NCBI RefSeq assembly: GCF_009914755.1
Contig: NC_060925.1
Strand: one strand, 5' to 3'
From: the human T2T-CHM13v2.0 reference genome, Homo sapiens
Length of the DNA stretch: 64,000 bases
The notes beneath the pieces were generated by a model. It worked only from the letters and a program-made list of their open reading frames with translations, had not been told where the DNA came from and ran no database searches. This document shows positions 1 to 14,100 of the stretch, one piece after another (position 1 is the stretch's first letter; each line of letters begins with the position of its first letter). The position numbers and the translations under genes were made by a program.

Positions 1-3000
1 ATTGGAATGGAGTGGAATGGAATGGAACGGCATGGAATGCAATGGAATCAACTAGAATGGAGTGGAATTGAAAGGATTGGAATGGAATCGAACTGAATCA
101 ACCTGAGTGGAATGGAATGGAATGGAATGGAATGAAATCAAACCGAATGGAATGGATTGGAATAGAGTGGAATAGAATGGAACGACATGGAATGAAATGG
201 AATCAACTAGGATGAAATGGAATGGAATGGAATGGACAGGAATGGAATGCAATGGAATGAAATGTAATGGAATGGAATGGAATGGAATGGAGTGGAGTGG
301 AATGGAATAGAATGGAATGGAATGGAATGAAATCTGTCCTACTGGAATGGAATGGAATGTAATGGAATGGAATGGAATCATCTGGAAAGGAATCAAATGG
401 AACGGAATGGAATGGAATGGAATGGAATGGAATGGAATCAACCCGAGTGGAATGCAATGGAATGGAATGGAATGGAATGGAATGGAATGGAATCAACCAG
501 AGTGGAATGCATTGGAATGGTGTGGAATGAAATAGAACGGCATGGAATGCAATGGAATCAACTAGAATGGAATGGAATTGAATGGATTGGAATGGAATTG
601 AACGGAATCAAAACGAGTGGAATCGAATGGAATGGAATGAAATGAATGGATTGGAATGGAATGGAATGGAATGCAATGGAATGGAATGGAATCAACCCCA
701 TTGGAATGGAATGGAGTGGAATGGAAAGGAATCCCCCCGAGAGTAATGCAATGTACTGGAATGGAATGCAATGGAATGGAATGGAATGGAATGGAATGCA
801 ATGAATGAAATGGAATGGAATGGAATGGAATGAAATGGAATGGAATGTAATGAAAAGGAATGGAGTGGAATGCAATAAACACCAGTGGAATGGAATGGAA
901 TGGAAGGGAATAGAATCAACCCGAGTGGAATGGAATGGAACGGAATGGAATGGAATGGAATGGAATGCAATGGTATGTAATGGAGTCAACCCGAGTGGAA
1001 TAGAATGGAATGGAATGGAATGAAAATGAATGGAGTGCAGTGCAATGGAATGGAGTGGAATGGAATAAACACCAGTGGAAGGGAATGCAATGGAATGGAA
1101 AGGAATGGAATGGAATGGAATAAACACGAGTGGAATGGAATGGAATGGAATGAAATGGAATGGAATGGAATGGAATAGAATGGAATGGAAGCAACTCGAG
1201 TGGAAAGGAATGGAATGGAAAGGAATGGATTTGAAAGGAAAGGAATGGAATGCAATGGAATGCAATGGTATGGAATGGATTCAACCCGAGTGGAATGGAA
1301 TGGAATGGAATGGAATAAACACCAGTGGAATGGAGTGGAATGGAAGGGAAAGGAATGGAATGGAATGGAATCAACCAGAGTGGAATGCAATGGAATGGAA
1401 TGAAATGGAATGGAATGATATCAACCCGAATGGAACGGATTGGAATAGAGTGGAATGGAATGGAACGGCATGGAATGCAATGGAATCAAATAACATGGAA
1501 TGGAATGGAATGGAATGGAATGGACAGGAATGGAATGGAATGGAATGGAATGGAATGGAATGGAGTGGAATGGAATAGAATGGAATGGAATGGAATGAAA
1601 TCAACCCGATTGGAATGGAAAGGAATGCAATGGAATGGAATGGAATCATCTGGAAAGGAATCAAACGGAATGGAATGGAATGGAATGGAATGGAATGGAA
1701 TGCAATGGAATCAACCCGAGTGGGATGGAATGGAATGCAATTGAATGGAATGGAATGGAATGGATTGGAATCAACCCGAGTGGAATGGATTGGAATGGAG
1801 TGAATGGAATGGAACGGCATGGAACCCAATGGAATCAACTAGAATGGAATGGAATTGCATGGATTGGAATGGAATCGAAAGGAATCAACCTGAGTGGAAT
1901 GGAATGGAATGGAATGAATGGAATGGAATGGAATGGATACTAATGGAATGGAATGGAAAGGAAAGAACCCGAGTGGAATAGAATGCAATGGAATGCAATG
2001 GAATGGAATGGAATGCAATAGAATTCAATGTAATGGAAACAAACCGAGTGGAATGTAATGGAATGGAAAGGACCGGACTGTAATGGAATGGATTGGAATC
2101 AACGCGATTCCAAAGCAATGGAATGGAATGGAATGGAATGGAATGGAATGGTATGGAATTAACCAGAGTGGAATGGAATGGAAAGGAATGGAATGGAATG
2201 GAATGGAATGGAGTAGAATGGAATGGAATCAACTAGAGTGGAAAGGAATGGAAAGGAAAGGAATGGAATGCAATGGAATGCAATGGTATGTAATGGAGTC
2301 AACCCGAGTGGAATGGAATGGAAAGGAATGGAATGATAATGAATGGAATGCAATGCAATTGAATGGAGTGGAATTGAATAAACACCAGTGAAAGGGAATG
2401 CAATGGAATGGAGCGGACTGGAATAAACACCAGTGGAATGGAATGGAATGAAATGGAATGAAATGGAATGGAATGGAATGGACTAGAATGGAATGGAATG
2501 GAATGAAATCAACCCGATTAGAATGGAATAGAATGCAATGGAATGAAATGGAATCAACTGGAAAGGAATGAAATGGAATGGAATGGAATGGAATAAACAC
2601 CAGTGGAATGGATTGCAATGGTATGGAATGGAATGGAATGGAATGGAATGCAATGGAATGGAATCAACCCGAGAGGAATGGATTGAAATAGAGTGGAATG
2701 GAATGGAATGCAATCAAACTGAGTGGAATGGAATGGAATGGAATGCAATGGAATGTAATGGAGTGGAAGGCATTAGAATCAACGGGAATGGAATGGAATG
2801 GAATGGAATGGAATGGAATGGAATGGAATCAACCACAGTGTAATGGAAAGGAATGGAATGGATTATATTGGAATGGAATGGAATCAATACGGGTGGAATG
2901 GAATGGAATGGAATGGAATCAACTCGACTGGAATGAAATGTAATGGAATGTAATGGAATGGAATGGAACGGAATGGAAAGGAATGGAATGGAATAGTATG

Positions 3001-6000
3001 GAGTCAATTCCAGTGCAATGTAAAGGTATAGAATGCAATAGAATGGAAAGGAATGTAATGGAATCAACCAGATTGGATAAACACGAGTGGAATGGAATGG
3101 AATGGAATGGAATGGAATGGAATGGAATGGAATGGAATCAACTCGAGTGGAAAAGAATGGAATGGAAAGGAATGGAATGCAATGGAATGTAGTGGTATGG
3201 AATGGAGTCAAACCGAGTTGAATGGAATGGAATTGAATGGAATGCAATGGAATGGAATTAAATGCAATGGAATGGAATGGAATGCAATGGAATGGAGTGG
3301 AATGGAATAAAAAAAGTGGAATGGAATGGAATGGAATGGAATGGAATGGAATGGAATGGAATAGAACGGAACGAACCCGAGTGGAATGGAATGGAATGGA
3401 ATGGAATTGAATTACCACGAGTTGAATGGAATGGGATGGAATGCAATGGATTGGAATGGAATGCAATGGAATCAACCAGAATGGAGTAAAATGGAGTGGA
3501 ATGGAATGGAATGGAATGGAATGCAATGGAATATAATGGAACAGAATGGAAATTAATGGAATGGAATGGAATGGAAACAACCCGAATGAAATGGAATGGA
3601 ATGGAATGGAAAGGAATCACCCCGAGTGCAATGCAATGGAATGGAATGGAATGCAATGGAATGGAATGGAATGGAATGGAATGCAATGGAATGAAATGGA
3701 ATGCAATGGAATGCAATGGAATGGAATGGAATGGAATGAAATTGAATGGAATGTAATGAAATGGAATGGAGTGGAATGGTATAAACACCACTGGAATGGA
3801 ATGGAATGGAATGGACAGGAAGGGAATGGAATGGAATGGAATGAAATCAACCCGAAAGGAATGGAATGGAATGCAATGGAACGGAATGGAATGGAATCAG
3901 CTGGAAAGGAATGAAATGGAATGGAATGGAAAGGAATGGAATGGAAAGGAAGGGAATGGAATGGAATGGAATGAAAATGAATGGAATGCAATGCAATGGA
4001 ATGGAGTGGAATGGAATAAACCCCAGTGGAAGGGAATGCAATGGAATGGAGTGGACTGGAATAAACACCAGTGGAATGGAATGGAATGGAATGGAATGGA
4101 ATGGAATGGAATGGAATGGACTTGAATGGAATGGAATGGAATGGAATGGATTAGAGTGGAATGGTATTGAATGAAACCAATCCGATTGGAATGGAATGGA
4201 ATGCAATAAAATGAAATGGAATCAACTGGAAAGGAATGAAATGGAATGGAATGGAATGGAATGGAATGGAATGGAATCAACCCGAGTGGAATGGAATGGA
4301 ATGGAATGGAATGGAATGGAATTGAATAGAATGGAATGAAAACAACTCGAGAGGAAAGGAATGGAATGGAAAGGAATGGAATGGAAAGGAAAGGAATGGA
4401 ATGCAATGGAATGCATTGGTATGGAATGGAGTCAACACGAGTGGAATGGAATGGAATGGAATGGAATGGAATCAACCAGAGTGGAATGCAATGGAATGGA
4501 ATGAAACGCAATAGAATGAAATCAACCAGATGGAATGGATTGGAATAGACTTGAATGGAATGGAATTGCATGGAATGCAATGGAATCAACTAAAATGGAA
4601 TGGAATGGAATGGAATGGACAGGAATGGAATGGAATGGAATGAAATGGAATGGAATGGAATGGAATGGAATGGAATGGAATGGAGTGGAATGGAAAGAAT
4701 GGATTGGAATGGAATGAAATCAACCCGATTGGAATGGAATAGAATGCAATGGAATGGAATGGAATCATCTGGAAAGTAATCAAATGGAACGGAATGGAAT
4801 TGAAAGGAATGGAATGGAATGGAATCAACCCGAGTGGAATGGAATGGAATGGAATGGAATGGAATGGAATGGAATGGAATGGAATGGAATGGAATCAACC
4901 CGAGTGGAATGGATTGGAATAGAGTGGAATGGAATGGAATGGAAGCAAACTGAGTGGAATGGAATGGAATGGAAAGCAATGGAATGTAATGGAGTGGAAG
5001 GCATTAGAATCAACGGGAATGCAATGGAATGGAATGGAATGGAATGGAATGGAATCAACCACAGTGTAATGGAAAGGAATGGAATGGAGTATAATGGAAT
5101 GGAATGGAATCAATACGGGTGGAATAGAATGGAATGGAATGGAATGGAATGGAATGGACTAGAATGGAATGGAATGGAATGAAATCAACCAGATTAGAAT
5201 GGAATAGAATGCAATGGAATGAAATGGAATCAACTGGAAAGGAATGAAATGGAATGGAATTGAATGGAATGGAATCAACCCGAGTGGAATGGAATGGAAT
5301 GCAATGGAATGGAGGGGAATGGAATAAACACCAATGGAATGGATTGCAATGGAATGGAATGGAATGGAATTGAATGGAATGGAATCAACCCGAGTGGAAT
5401 GGATTGGAATAGAGTGGAATGAATGGAATGGAATCAAACTGAGTGGAATGGAATGGAATGGAATGCAATGGAATGTAATGGAGTGGAAGGCATTAGAATC
5501 AACGGGAATCCAATGGAATGGAATGGAATGGAATGGAATCAACCACAGTGTAATGGAAGGGAATGGAATGGAGTATAATGGAATGGAATGGAATCAATAC
5601 GGGTGGAATGGAATGGAATGGAATGGAATGGAATGGAATGGATTATAATGGAATGGAATGGAATCAATCCGGGTAGAATGGAATGGAATGGAATGGAATC
5701 AACTCGAGTGCAATGAAAAGTAATGTAATGGAATGTAATGTAATGGAACGGAAGGGAAGGGAATGGAATGGAATAGAATGGAATCAATTCGAATGCAATG
5801 TAAAGGTATAGAATGCAATAGAATGGAAAGGAATGGAATGGAATCAACCAGATTGGAATGGAACGGAAAGGAATGGAATGGAATGGAATGGATTGGAAAG
5901 TAACGGCATGGAATGAAATGGAATGGAGTGGAATTAACCCGAGTGGAATGGAATGGAAAGGAATGGAATGTAGCAGCACGGAATGGAATGGAATGGAGTG

Positions 6001-9000
6001 CAATAAACCCGAGTGGAATGGAATGGAAAGGAATGGAATGGAATGGAATGGAATGGAATGGAATAAGCAATAGTGGAATGGAATGGAATGGAATGGAAGA
6101 GAATGGAATGGAATGGAATCAACCCGAGTGGAATGGAATGGATAGGAATGGAATGGAATCAACCCGAGAGCAATGGAATGGAAAGGAATGGAATGGAATG
6201 GAATAGAATGGAATGGAATCAACTCCAGTGGAAAGGAATGGAATGGAAAGGAATGGAATGCAATGGAATGCAGTGGTATGGAATGCAGTCAAACCGAGTT
6301 GAATGGAATGGAATTGAATGGAATGGAAAGGAATGGAATGGAATGCAATGGAATGGAGTGGAGTGGAATAAACACCAGTGGAATGGAATGGAATGGAATG
6401 GAATGGAATAGATTGGAATGGAATGGAATGGAACGGAATGGAATGGAATGGAATGAAATGGAATGGAATGGAATGGAATGGAATGGAATGGAATGGAATG
6501 GAATGGAATGGAATGGAATGGAATGGAATGAAATGGAATGGAATGGAATGAAATGGAATGGAGTGGAAAGGTATAAACTCCAGTGGAATGGAATGGAATG
6601 GAATGGAAAGGAATGGAATGGAATGGAATGCACAGGAATGGAATGGAATGGAATGGAATGGAATGGACTAGAATGGAATGGAATGGAATGAAATCAACCC
6701 GATTGGAATGGAATGGAATGCAATGGAATGGAATGGATTGGAATCAACTGGAAAGGAATGGAATGGAATGGATAGGAATGGAAAGGAATGGAATGGAATG
6801 GAATGGAATGGAATGGAATTGAATGGAATGGAAACAACCCGAGTGGAATGCAATGGAATGGAATGGAATGGAATGGAACGGAATCAACCCGAGTGGAATG
6901 GAGTGTAATGGAATGGAATGGAATGGAATGAAATCAAACCGAGTTGAATGGAATGGAATGGAATGGAATGGAATGGAATCAACGACAGTGGAATGCAATG
7001 GAATGGAATGGAATGGAATGGAAGGGAATCAACCCGAGTGGAATGGAATGGAATGGAATGGAATGGAATGGAATGGAATGGAACCAACCAGAGTGGAATA
7101 GAATGCAATGGAATGCAATGGAATGGAATGGAATGCAATGGAATTCAATGTAATGGAAACAAACCGAGTGGAATGTAATGGAATGGAAAGGACTAGACTG
7201 TAATGGAATGGGTTGGAATCAACACGATTCCAAGGCAATTGAATGGAATAGAATGGAATGGAATGGAATGGAATGGAATGGAAAGGAATGGAATGGAATT
7301 GAATCAACCGGAGTGGAATGGAATGGAATATAATGGAATGGAATGGAATATGATAGAATGGAATGGAATCAACTCGAGTGGAAAGGAATGGAATGGAAAG
7401 GAATGGAATGGAAAGGAAAGGCATGGAATGCAATGGAATGAAATGGTATGTAATGGATTCAACCCGAGTGGAATGGAATGGAATGGAGTGGAATGAAAAT
7501 GAATGGAATGCAATGCAATGGAATGGAGTGGAATGGAATAAACACCAGTGGAAGGGAATGCAATGGAATGGAGCGGACTGGAATAAACACCAGTGGAATG
7601 GAATGGAATGGAATGGAATGGAATGGAATGGACTAGAATGGAATGGAATGGAATGAAATCAACCTGATTAGAACGGAATAGAATGCAATGGAATGAAATG
7701 GAATCAAATGGAAAGGAATGAAATGGAATGGAATGGAATGGAATGGAATCAACCAGAGTGGAAAGGAATGGAATGGAATGGAATGCAATGGAATGGAGTG
7801 GAATGGAATAAACACCAGTGGAATGGAATGCAATGGAATGGAATGGAATGGAATGGAATCAACCCGAGTGGAATGGATTGGAATAGAGTGGAATGCAATG
7901 GAATGGAATCAAACTGAGTGGAAAGGAATGGAATGCAATGCAATGGAATGTAATGGAGTGGAAGGCTTTAGAATCAACGGGAATGGAATGGAATGGAATG
8001 GAATGGAATGGAATGGAATGGAATGGAATCAACCACAGTGGAATGGAATGGAATGCAATGGATTATAATGGAATGCAATGGAATCAATCCAGGTGGAATG
8101 GAATGGAATGGAATGGAATGGAATGGATTATAATGGAATGGAATGGAATCAATCCGGGTGGAGTGGAATGGAATGGAATGGAATCAACTCGAGTGGAATG
8201 AAATGTAATGTAATGGAATGGAATGGAATGGAACGGAATGGAATGGAATGGAATGGAATAGAATGGAATCAATTCGAGTGCAATGTAAAGGTATAGAATG
8301 GAATAGAATGGAATGGAATGGAATGGAATCAACCAGAGTGGAATGGAACGGAAAGGAATGGAACGGAATGGAATGGAATGGAATGGAATGGAATGGAATC
8401 AACCCGGGTGGAATGGATTGGAATGGAGTGGAATGGAATGGAACGGCATGGAATGCAATGGAATCTACTAGAATGGAATGGAATTGAATGGATTGGAATG
8501 GAATCGAACGGAATCAACCTGAGTGGAATGGAATGGAATGGAATGGAATGAATAGAATGGAATGGAATGGATACTAATGGAATGGAATGGAAAGGAAACA
8601 ACCCGAGTGGAATAGAATGCAATGGAATGCAATGGAATGGGATGGAATGCAATGGAATTCAATGTAATGGAAACAAACCGAGTGGAATGTAATGGAATGG
8701 AAAGGACTGGAATGTAATGGAATGGATTGGAATCAACACGATTCCAATGCAATGGAATGGAATGGAATGGAATGGAATGGAATCAACTCGAGTGGAATAG
8801 AATGGAATGGAATGGAATGGAATGGAATGGAATGGAATGGAATGGAATCAACTCGAGTGGAATGGAATGGAATGGAATGGAATGGAATGGAATGGAATGG
8901 ATTGGAATGGAATGGAATAGAATGGAATGCAAACAACTCGAGTGGAAAGGAATGGAATGGAAAGGAATAGAATGGAATGCAAACAACTCGAGTGGAAAGG

Positions 9001-10532
9001 AATGGAATGGAAAGGAATGGAATGGAAAGGAAAGGAATGGAATGCAATGGAATGCAATGGTATGGAATGGAGTCAACCTGAGTGGAATAGAATTGAATGG
9101 AATGGAATGGAATGGAAAGGAATGGAATGCAATGGAATGGAGAGCAATGGAATAAACAACAATGGAATGGAATGGAATGGATGGGAATGGAATGGAATGG
9201 AATGGAATCAACAAGAGTGGAATGCAATGGAATGGAATGAAATGGAAAGGAATGAAATCAACCCCAATGGCATGGATTGGAATTGAGTGGAACGGAATGG
9301 AATCAACTAGAATGGAACGGAATGGACAGGAATGGAATGGAAAGGAATGAAATGGAATGGAATGGAATGGAATGGAATGGAATTGAATGGAATGCAGTGG
9401 AATGGAATAGAATGGAATGGAATGGAATGAAATCAACACGATTGGAATGGAATGAAATGAAATGGAATGGAATGGAATTATCTGGAAAGTAATCCAATGG
9501 AATGGAATGGAATGGAATGGAATGGAATGGAATGGAATGGAATCAACCCGAGTGGAATGGAATGGAATGGAATGGAATGGAATGGAATGAATGGAATGGA
9601 TTGGAATGGATACTAATGGAATGGAATGGAAAGGAAACAACCCGAGTGCAATAGAAAGCAATGGAATGCAATGGAATGGAATAGAATGCAATGGAATTCA
9701 ATGTAATGGAATCAAACCGAGTGGAATGTAAGGGAATGGAAAGGACTGGAGTGTAATGGAATGGATTGGAATCAACACGATTCCAATGCAATGGAATGTA
9801 ATGGAATGGAATGGAATCAACCCGAGTGGAATGGAATGGAATGGAATGGAACGCAATGGAATGGAATGGAATGGAATAGAATGAAATGGAATCATCTCGA
9901 GTGGAAAGGAATGGAATGGAAAGGAATGGAAAGGAATGGAAATGCATGGAATGCAATGGAATGCAATGGTATGTGATGCAGTCAACCCGAGTGGAATGGA
10001 ATGGAATGGAATGGAATGAAAATGAATGGAATGCAATGCAATGGAATGGAGTGGAATGGAATAAACACCAGTGGAAGGGAATGCAAAGGAATGGAGAAGA
10101 CTGGAATAAACACCAGTGGAACGGAATGGAATGGAATGGACTAGAATGGAATGGAATGGAATGAAATCAACCCGATTAAAATGGAATAGAATGCAATGGA
10201 ATGTAACGGAATCAACTGGAAAGGAATGAAATGGAATGGAATGGAAAGGAATGCAATGGAATGGAATGAACCCGAGTGGAATTAATTGGAATAGAGTGGA
10301 ATAGAATGGAATGGCATCAAACTGAGTGGAATGGAATGGAATGGAATGGACTGGAAGGCATTAGAATCAACGGGAATGGAATGGAATGGAATGGAATGGA
10401 ATGGAATGGAATGGAATGGAATGGAATGGATTCAACCACAGTGGAATGGAATGGAATGGAATGGATTATAATGGAATGGAATGGAATCAATAGGGTTGGA
10501 ATGGAATGGAATTGAATGGAATGGAATGGCAT
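1..10532 (+). repeat. Diverged HSat3 domain outside the 11.5-kb HOR, a patchwork of recurring 100-600 bp modules
   Basis: It lacks the HOR landmarks TTAATTAA, CAGCTGCAG, CCACCCATGTGG and CAACAAGAAGT. It has its own recurring motifs: AAGGCATTAGAATCAACGGG-like at ~2767, 4998, 5487, 7962 and 10355, and CAATGTAAAGGTATAG at ~3016, 5796 and 8281. These copies differ visibly from one another. Confidence 0.85.
8914..9015 (+). repeat. 50-bp tandem duplication in the diverged domain
   Basis: GGAATAGAATGGAATGCAAACAACTCGAGTGGAAAGGAATGGAATGGAAA occurs twice (AAACAACTCG at 8931 and 8981). Confidence 0.85.
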
Positions 10533-11042
10533 GGACAGGAATGGAACGGAAAGGAATGGAATGGAATGGAATGGACTAGAGTGGAATGGAATTAAATGAA
10601 ATCAACCCGATTGGAATGGAATGGAATGGAATCAACTGGAAAGGAATCAAATGGAATGGAATGGAATGGAATGGAATGGAATGGAATGGAATGGAACGGA
10701 AACAACCCGACTGGAATGCAATGGAATGGAATGGAATGGAATGGAATGGAATGGAATGGAATGGAATAGAATGGAATGGAATGGAATCAACCTGAGTGGA
10801 ATGGATTGGAATGGAGTGGAATGGAATGGAACGGCATGGAATGCAATGGAATCAACTAGAATGGAATGGAATTGAATGGATTGGAATGGAATCGAAAGGA
10901 ATCAACCTGAGTGGAATGGAATGGAATGGAATGGAATGAATGGAATGGAGTGGAATGGATACAAATGGAATGGAATGGAAAGGAAAGAACCCGAGAGGAA
11001 TAGAATGCAATGGAATGCAATGGAATGGAATGGAATGCAATG

Positions 11043-11136
11043 GAATTCAATGTAATGGAAACACACCGAGTGGAATGTAATGGAATGGAAAGGACTGGAC
11101 TGTAATGGAATGGATTGGAATCAACCCGATTCCAAT
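11043..11136. other. Conserved ~90-bp cassette ending in a 9-bp perfect inverted repeat (representative copy)
   Basis: The cassette reads GAATTCAATGTAATGGAAACA(A/C)ACCGAGTGGAATGTAATGGAATGGAAAGGACTGGACTGTAATGGAATGG. It is followed by ATTGGAATC (11114-11122), the loop AACCC, and GATTCCAAT (11128-11136). Confidence 0.85.
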
Positions 11137-14100
11137 GGAATGGAATGGAATGGAATGGAATGGATTATAATGGATTGGAATGCAATCAATCCGGGTTGAA
11201 TGGAATGGAATGGAATGGAAGGGAATGGAATGCAACGGAAAGGAATGGAATGAACTGGAATGGAATGCAATAGAATGGAATTTAATGGAATGGAATGGAA
11301 TGGAATGGAATTTAATGGAATGGAATGGAATGGAATCAACGCGAGTGGAGTCGAATGGAATTGAAAGAAAATTAATAGAATGGAATGGAATGGAATGGAA
11401 TGGAATGCAATGGAATGGAATGCAATGGAATGCAATGGCATGGAATAGAATGAACCCGAGTGGAATGGAATGGAATGGAAAGGCACGGAATGGAATGGAA
11501 TGGAATGGAATGCAATGGAATCAACCTGAGTGGAATGGAATGCAATGGAATCAACCCGAGTGGAATTGAATGGAGTGGAATGCAATGGAATGGAATGGAG
11601 TGGAAGGCATTAGAATCAACTGCAATGGAATGGAATGGAATGGAATGGAATGGAATGGAATGGAATGGAATGGAATGGAATGGAATGGCACGGAATGGAA
11701 TCAACCCCAGTGGAATGGAATGCATTACAATGGAATGGAAAGGAATCAATCCGGGTGGAATGGAATGGAATGGAATGGATTATAATGGAATGGAATGGAA
11801 TCAATCCGGGTGGAATGGAATGGAATGGAATGGAATGGAATGGAATTGAATGGAACGGAATGGAATGGAATCAACTCGAATGGAACGGAAGGGAATGGAG
11901 TGGAAAGGAATTGAAAGGAATGGAATGCAAAGGCATCAACCCTAATGGACAGGAATGTAATGGAATGGAATCGAATGCAATGGAATGGAATGGAATGGAA
12001 TGGAATGGAATATAATGGAATGGAATGGAATGGAGTGTAATGGAATGGAATGCTACGGAATCAACCTGAGTGGAATGGAATTGAATGGAATGGAAGGCAA
12101 TGGAATGGAATTTCATGGAATCAAACCTAGTGGAATGGAATGGAATGCAATGGAATGGAACGGAATGGAATGCAAGGAATCAACTGGAAAGGAATGGAAT
12201 GGAATGGAATGGAATGGAATGGAATGGAATGGAACGGAATGGAATTAACCTGAGTGGAATGGAATGGAAACGAATGAAATGGAATGGAATGGAAAATAAT
12301 GGAATGGAATGGAAACAACCCGAATGGAATGGAATTCAATGGAATGGAATGGAATGGAATGGAATGGAATTCAACGGAATGGAAACAACCCGAGTGAAAT
12401 GGCATGGAATGGAAAGGACTTGAATGTAATGGAACGGATTGGAATCAACCCGATTAGAAAACAATGGAATGGAATGGAATTGAATGGAATGGAATGGAAT
12501 GGAAAGGAATGGAATGGAAAGGAATGGAATGGAATGGAAGGGAAGGGAATGGAATGGAATGTAATGGAAAGGAATGGAAGGGAATGGAAGGGAATGGAAT
12601 GGAATGGAATCAACTGGAATGGAATGGAATGGAATGGAAGCAACAAGAAGTGGCATGGAATGTAAGGGATTGGAATGGAATGGAATCAACTGGAATACTA
12701 TGGAATGAAATCAACCCGAGTGGAATGGAATGGAATGGAATGGAATGGAATGGAATGGAATGGAACCACCTGGAATGGAATGAAATGGAATGGAATGGAG
12801 TGGAATGGAATGGAATGGAATGGAATCAACCCGAGTGGAATGGAATGGAATGGAATGGAATGGAATGGAATGGAATGGAATGGAATCAACCTGAGTGTAG
12901 TGGAATAAAATGGAATGGAATGGAATGGACTCAACCCGAGTGGAACGGAATTGAGTGGGATGGAATGGAATGGAATGGAATGGAATGGAATTAACCCGAG
13001 TGGAATGAATGGAAAGGAATGGAATGGAATGGAGCGGAATGGAATAGAATGGAATCAACAAGATTGGAATGGATTGAATGCAATGGAATGGAATAGAATG
13101 TAATGGAACGGAATGGAATGGAATCAACCCGAGTGGAAGGGAATGGAATTGAATGGAAAGGAATGGATTGGAATCCACCCATGTGGAATGGAATGAAATG
13201 GAATGGAATGGAATGGAGTAGAATGGAAAGGAATGGAATGGAATGGAATGGAATGGAATGGAATGGAATGGAATGCAATTTAATTAAATGGAATGGAATC
13301 AACCAGAGTGGAATGGACTGGAATGGATTGGAATGGAAAGGAATTGAGTGGAATCAACCCGAGTGAAATGGAATGGAATGGGATGGAATGGAATGGAATG
13401 GTAAGGACTGGAATCAACCCGAGTGGAATGGAATGGAATGGAATGGATTCAACACGAGTGGAATGGAATGGAATGGAATGGAATGGAATGGAATGGAATG
13501 GAATGGAATCAACCCAAGTGGAATGGACTGGAACGGAATGGAATACAATGGAATGGAATGGAATGGAATGGAATCAGCTGCAGTGGAATGGAATGGAATA
13601 GGATGGAATGGAATGGACAGGAATAGAATGGAATGGAATATAATGGAGTGGAATCAACACGAGTGGAAATGAATGGAATCAAATTGAATGGAATGGAAGG
13701 AAAGGAATGCAATGGAATGGAATCAACCTCAGTGGAATAGAAAGGAATGGAATGTAATGGAATGGAATGGAATGGAATGGAATGGAATGGAATGGAATGG
13801 AATGGAGTGGAATGGAATGGAATGGAATGGAATGGAATGGAGTGGAATGGAATGGGTTGGAATGGGATGGAATCAACCCGATTGGAACGGATTGGAATGG
13901 AGTGGAATGGAATGGAACGGCATGGAATGCAATGGAATCAACTAGAATGGAATGGAATGGGATGGATTGGAATGGAATCAAACGGAATCAACCTGAGTGG
14001 AATGCAATGGAATGGAATGGAATGAATGGAAAGGAATGGAATGGAAACTAATGGAATGGAATGGAAAGGAAACAACCCGAGTGGAACGGAATGCAATGGA

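Noticed and set aside
725-760. C-run ATCCCCCCGAGAGT
   Set aside because: A single degenerate CAACCCGAGT spacer, too short for an i-motif or G4, and not repeated.
3301-3320. A7 tract (AATAAAAAAAGTGG) as a possible retro-insertion tail or polyA signal
   Set aside because: It reads as a mutated AAACACCAGT/AAACACGAGT spacer in its normal context. There is no target-site duplication or foreign sequence. The many AATAAA hits arise from GGAAT followed by AAAC spacers.
11043-11050. GAATTC and GATTCC sites as canonical heat-shock elements
   Set aside because: I could not find correctly spaced alternating nGAAnnTTCnnGAAn triplets. The GAA units are head-to-tail, so no canonical HSE is supported.
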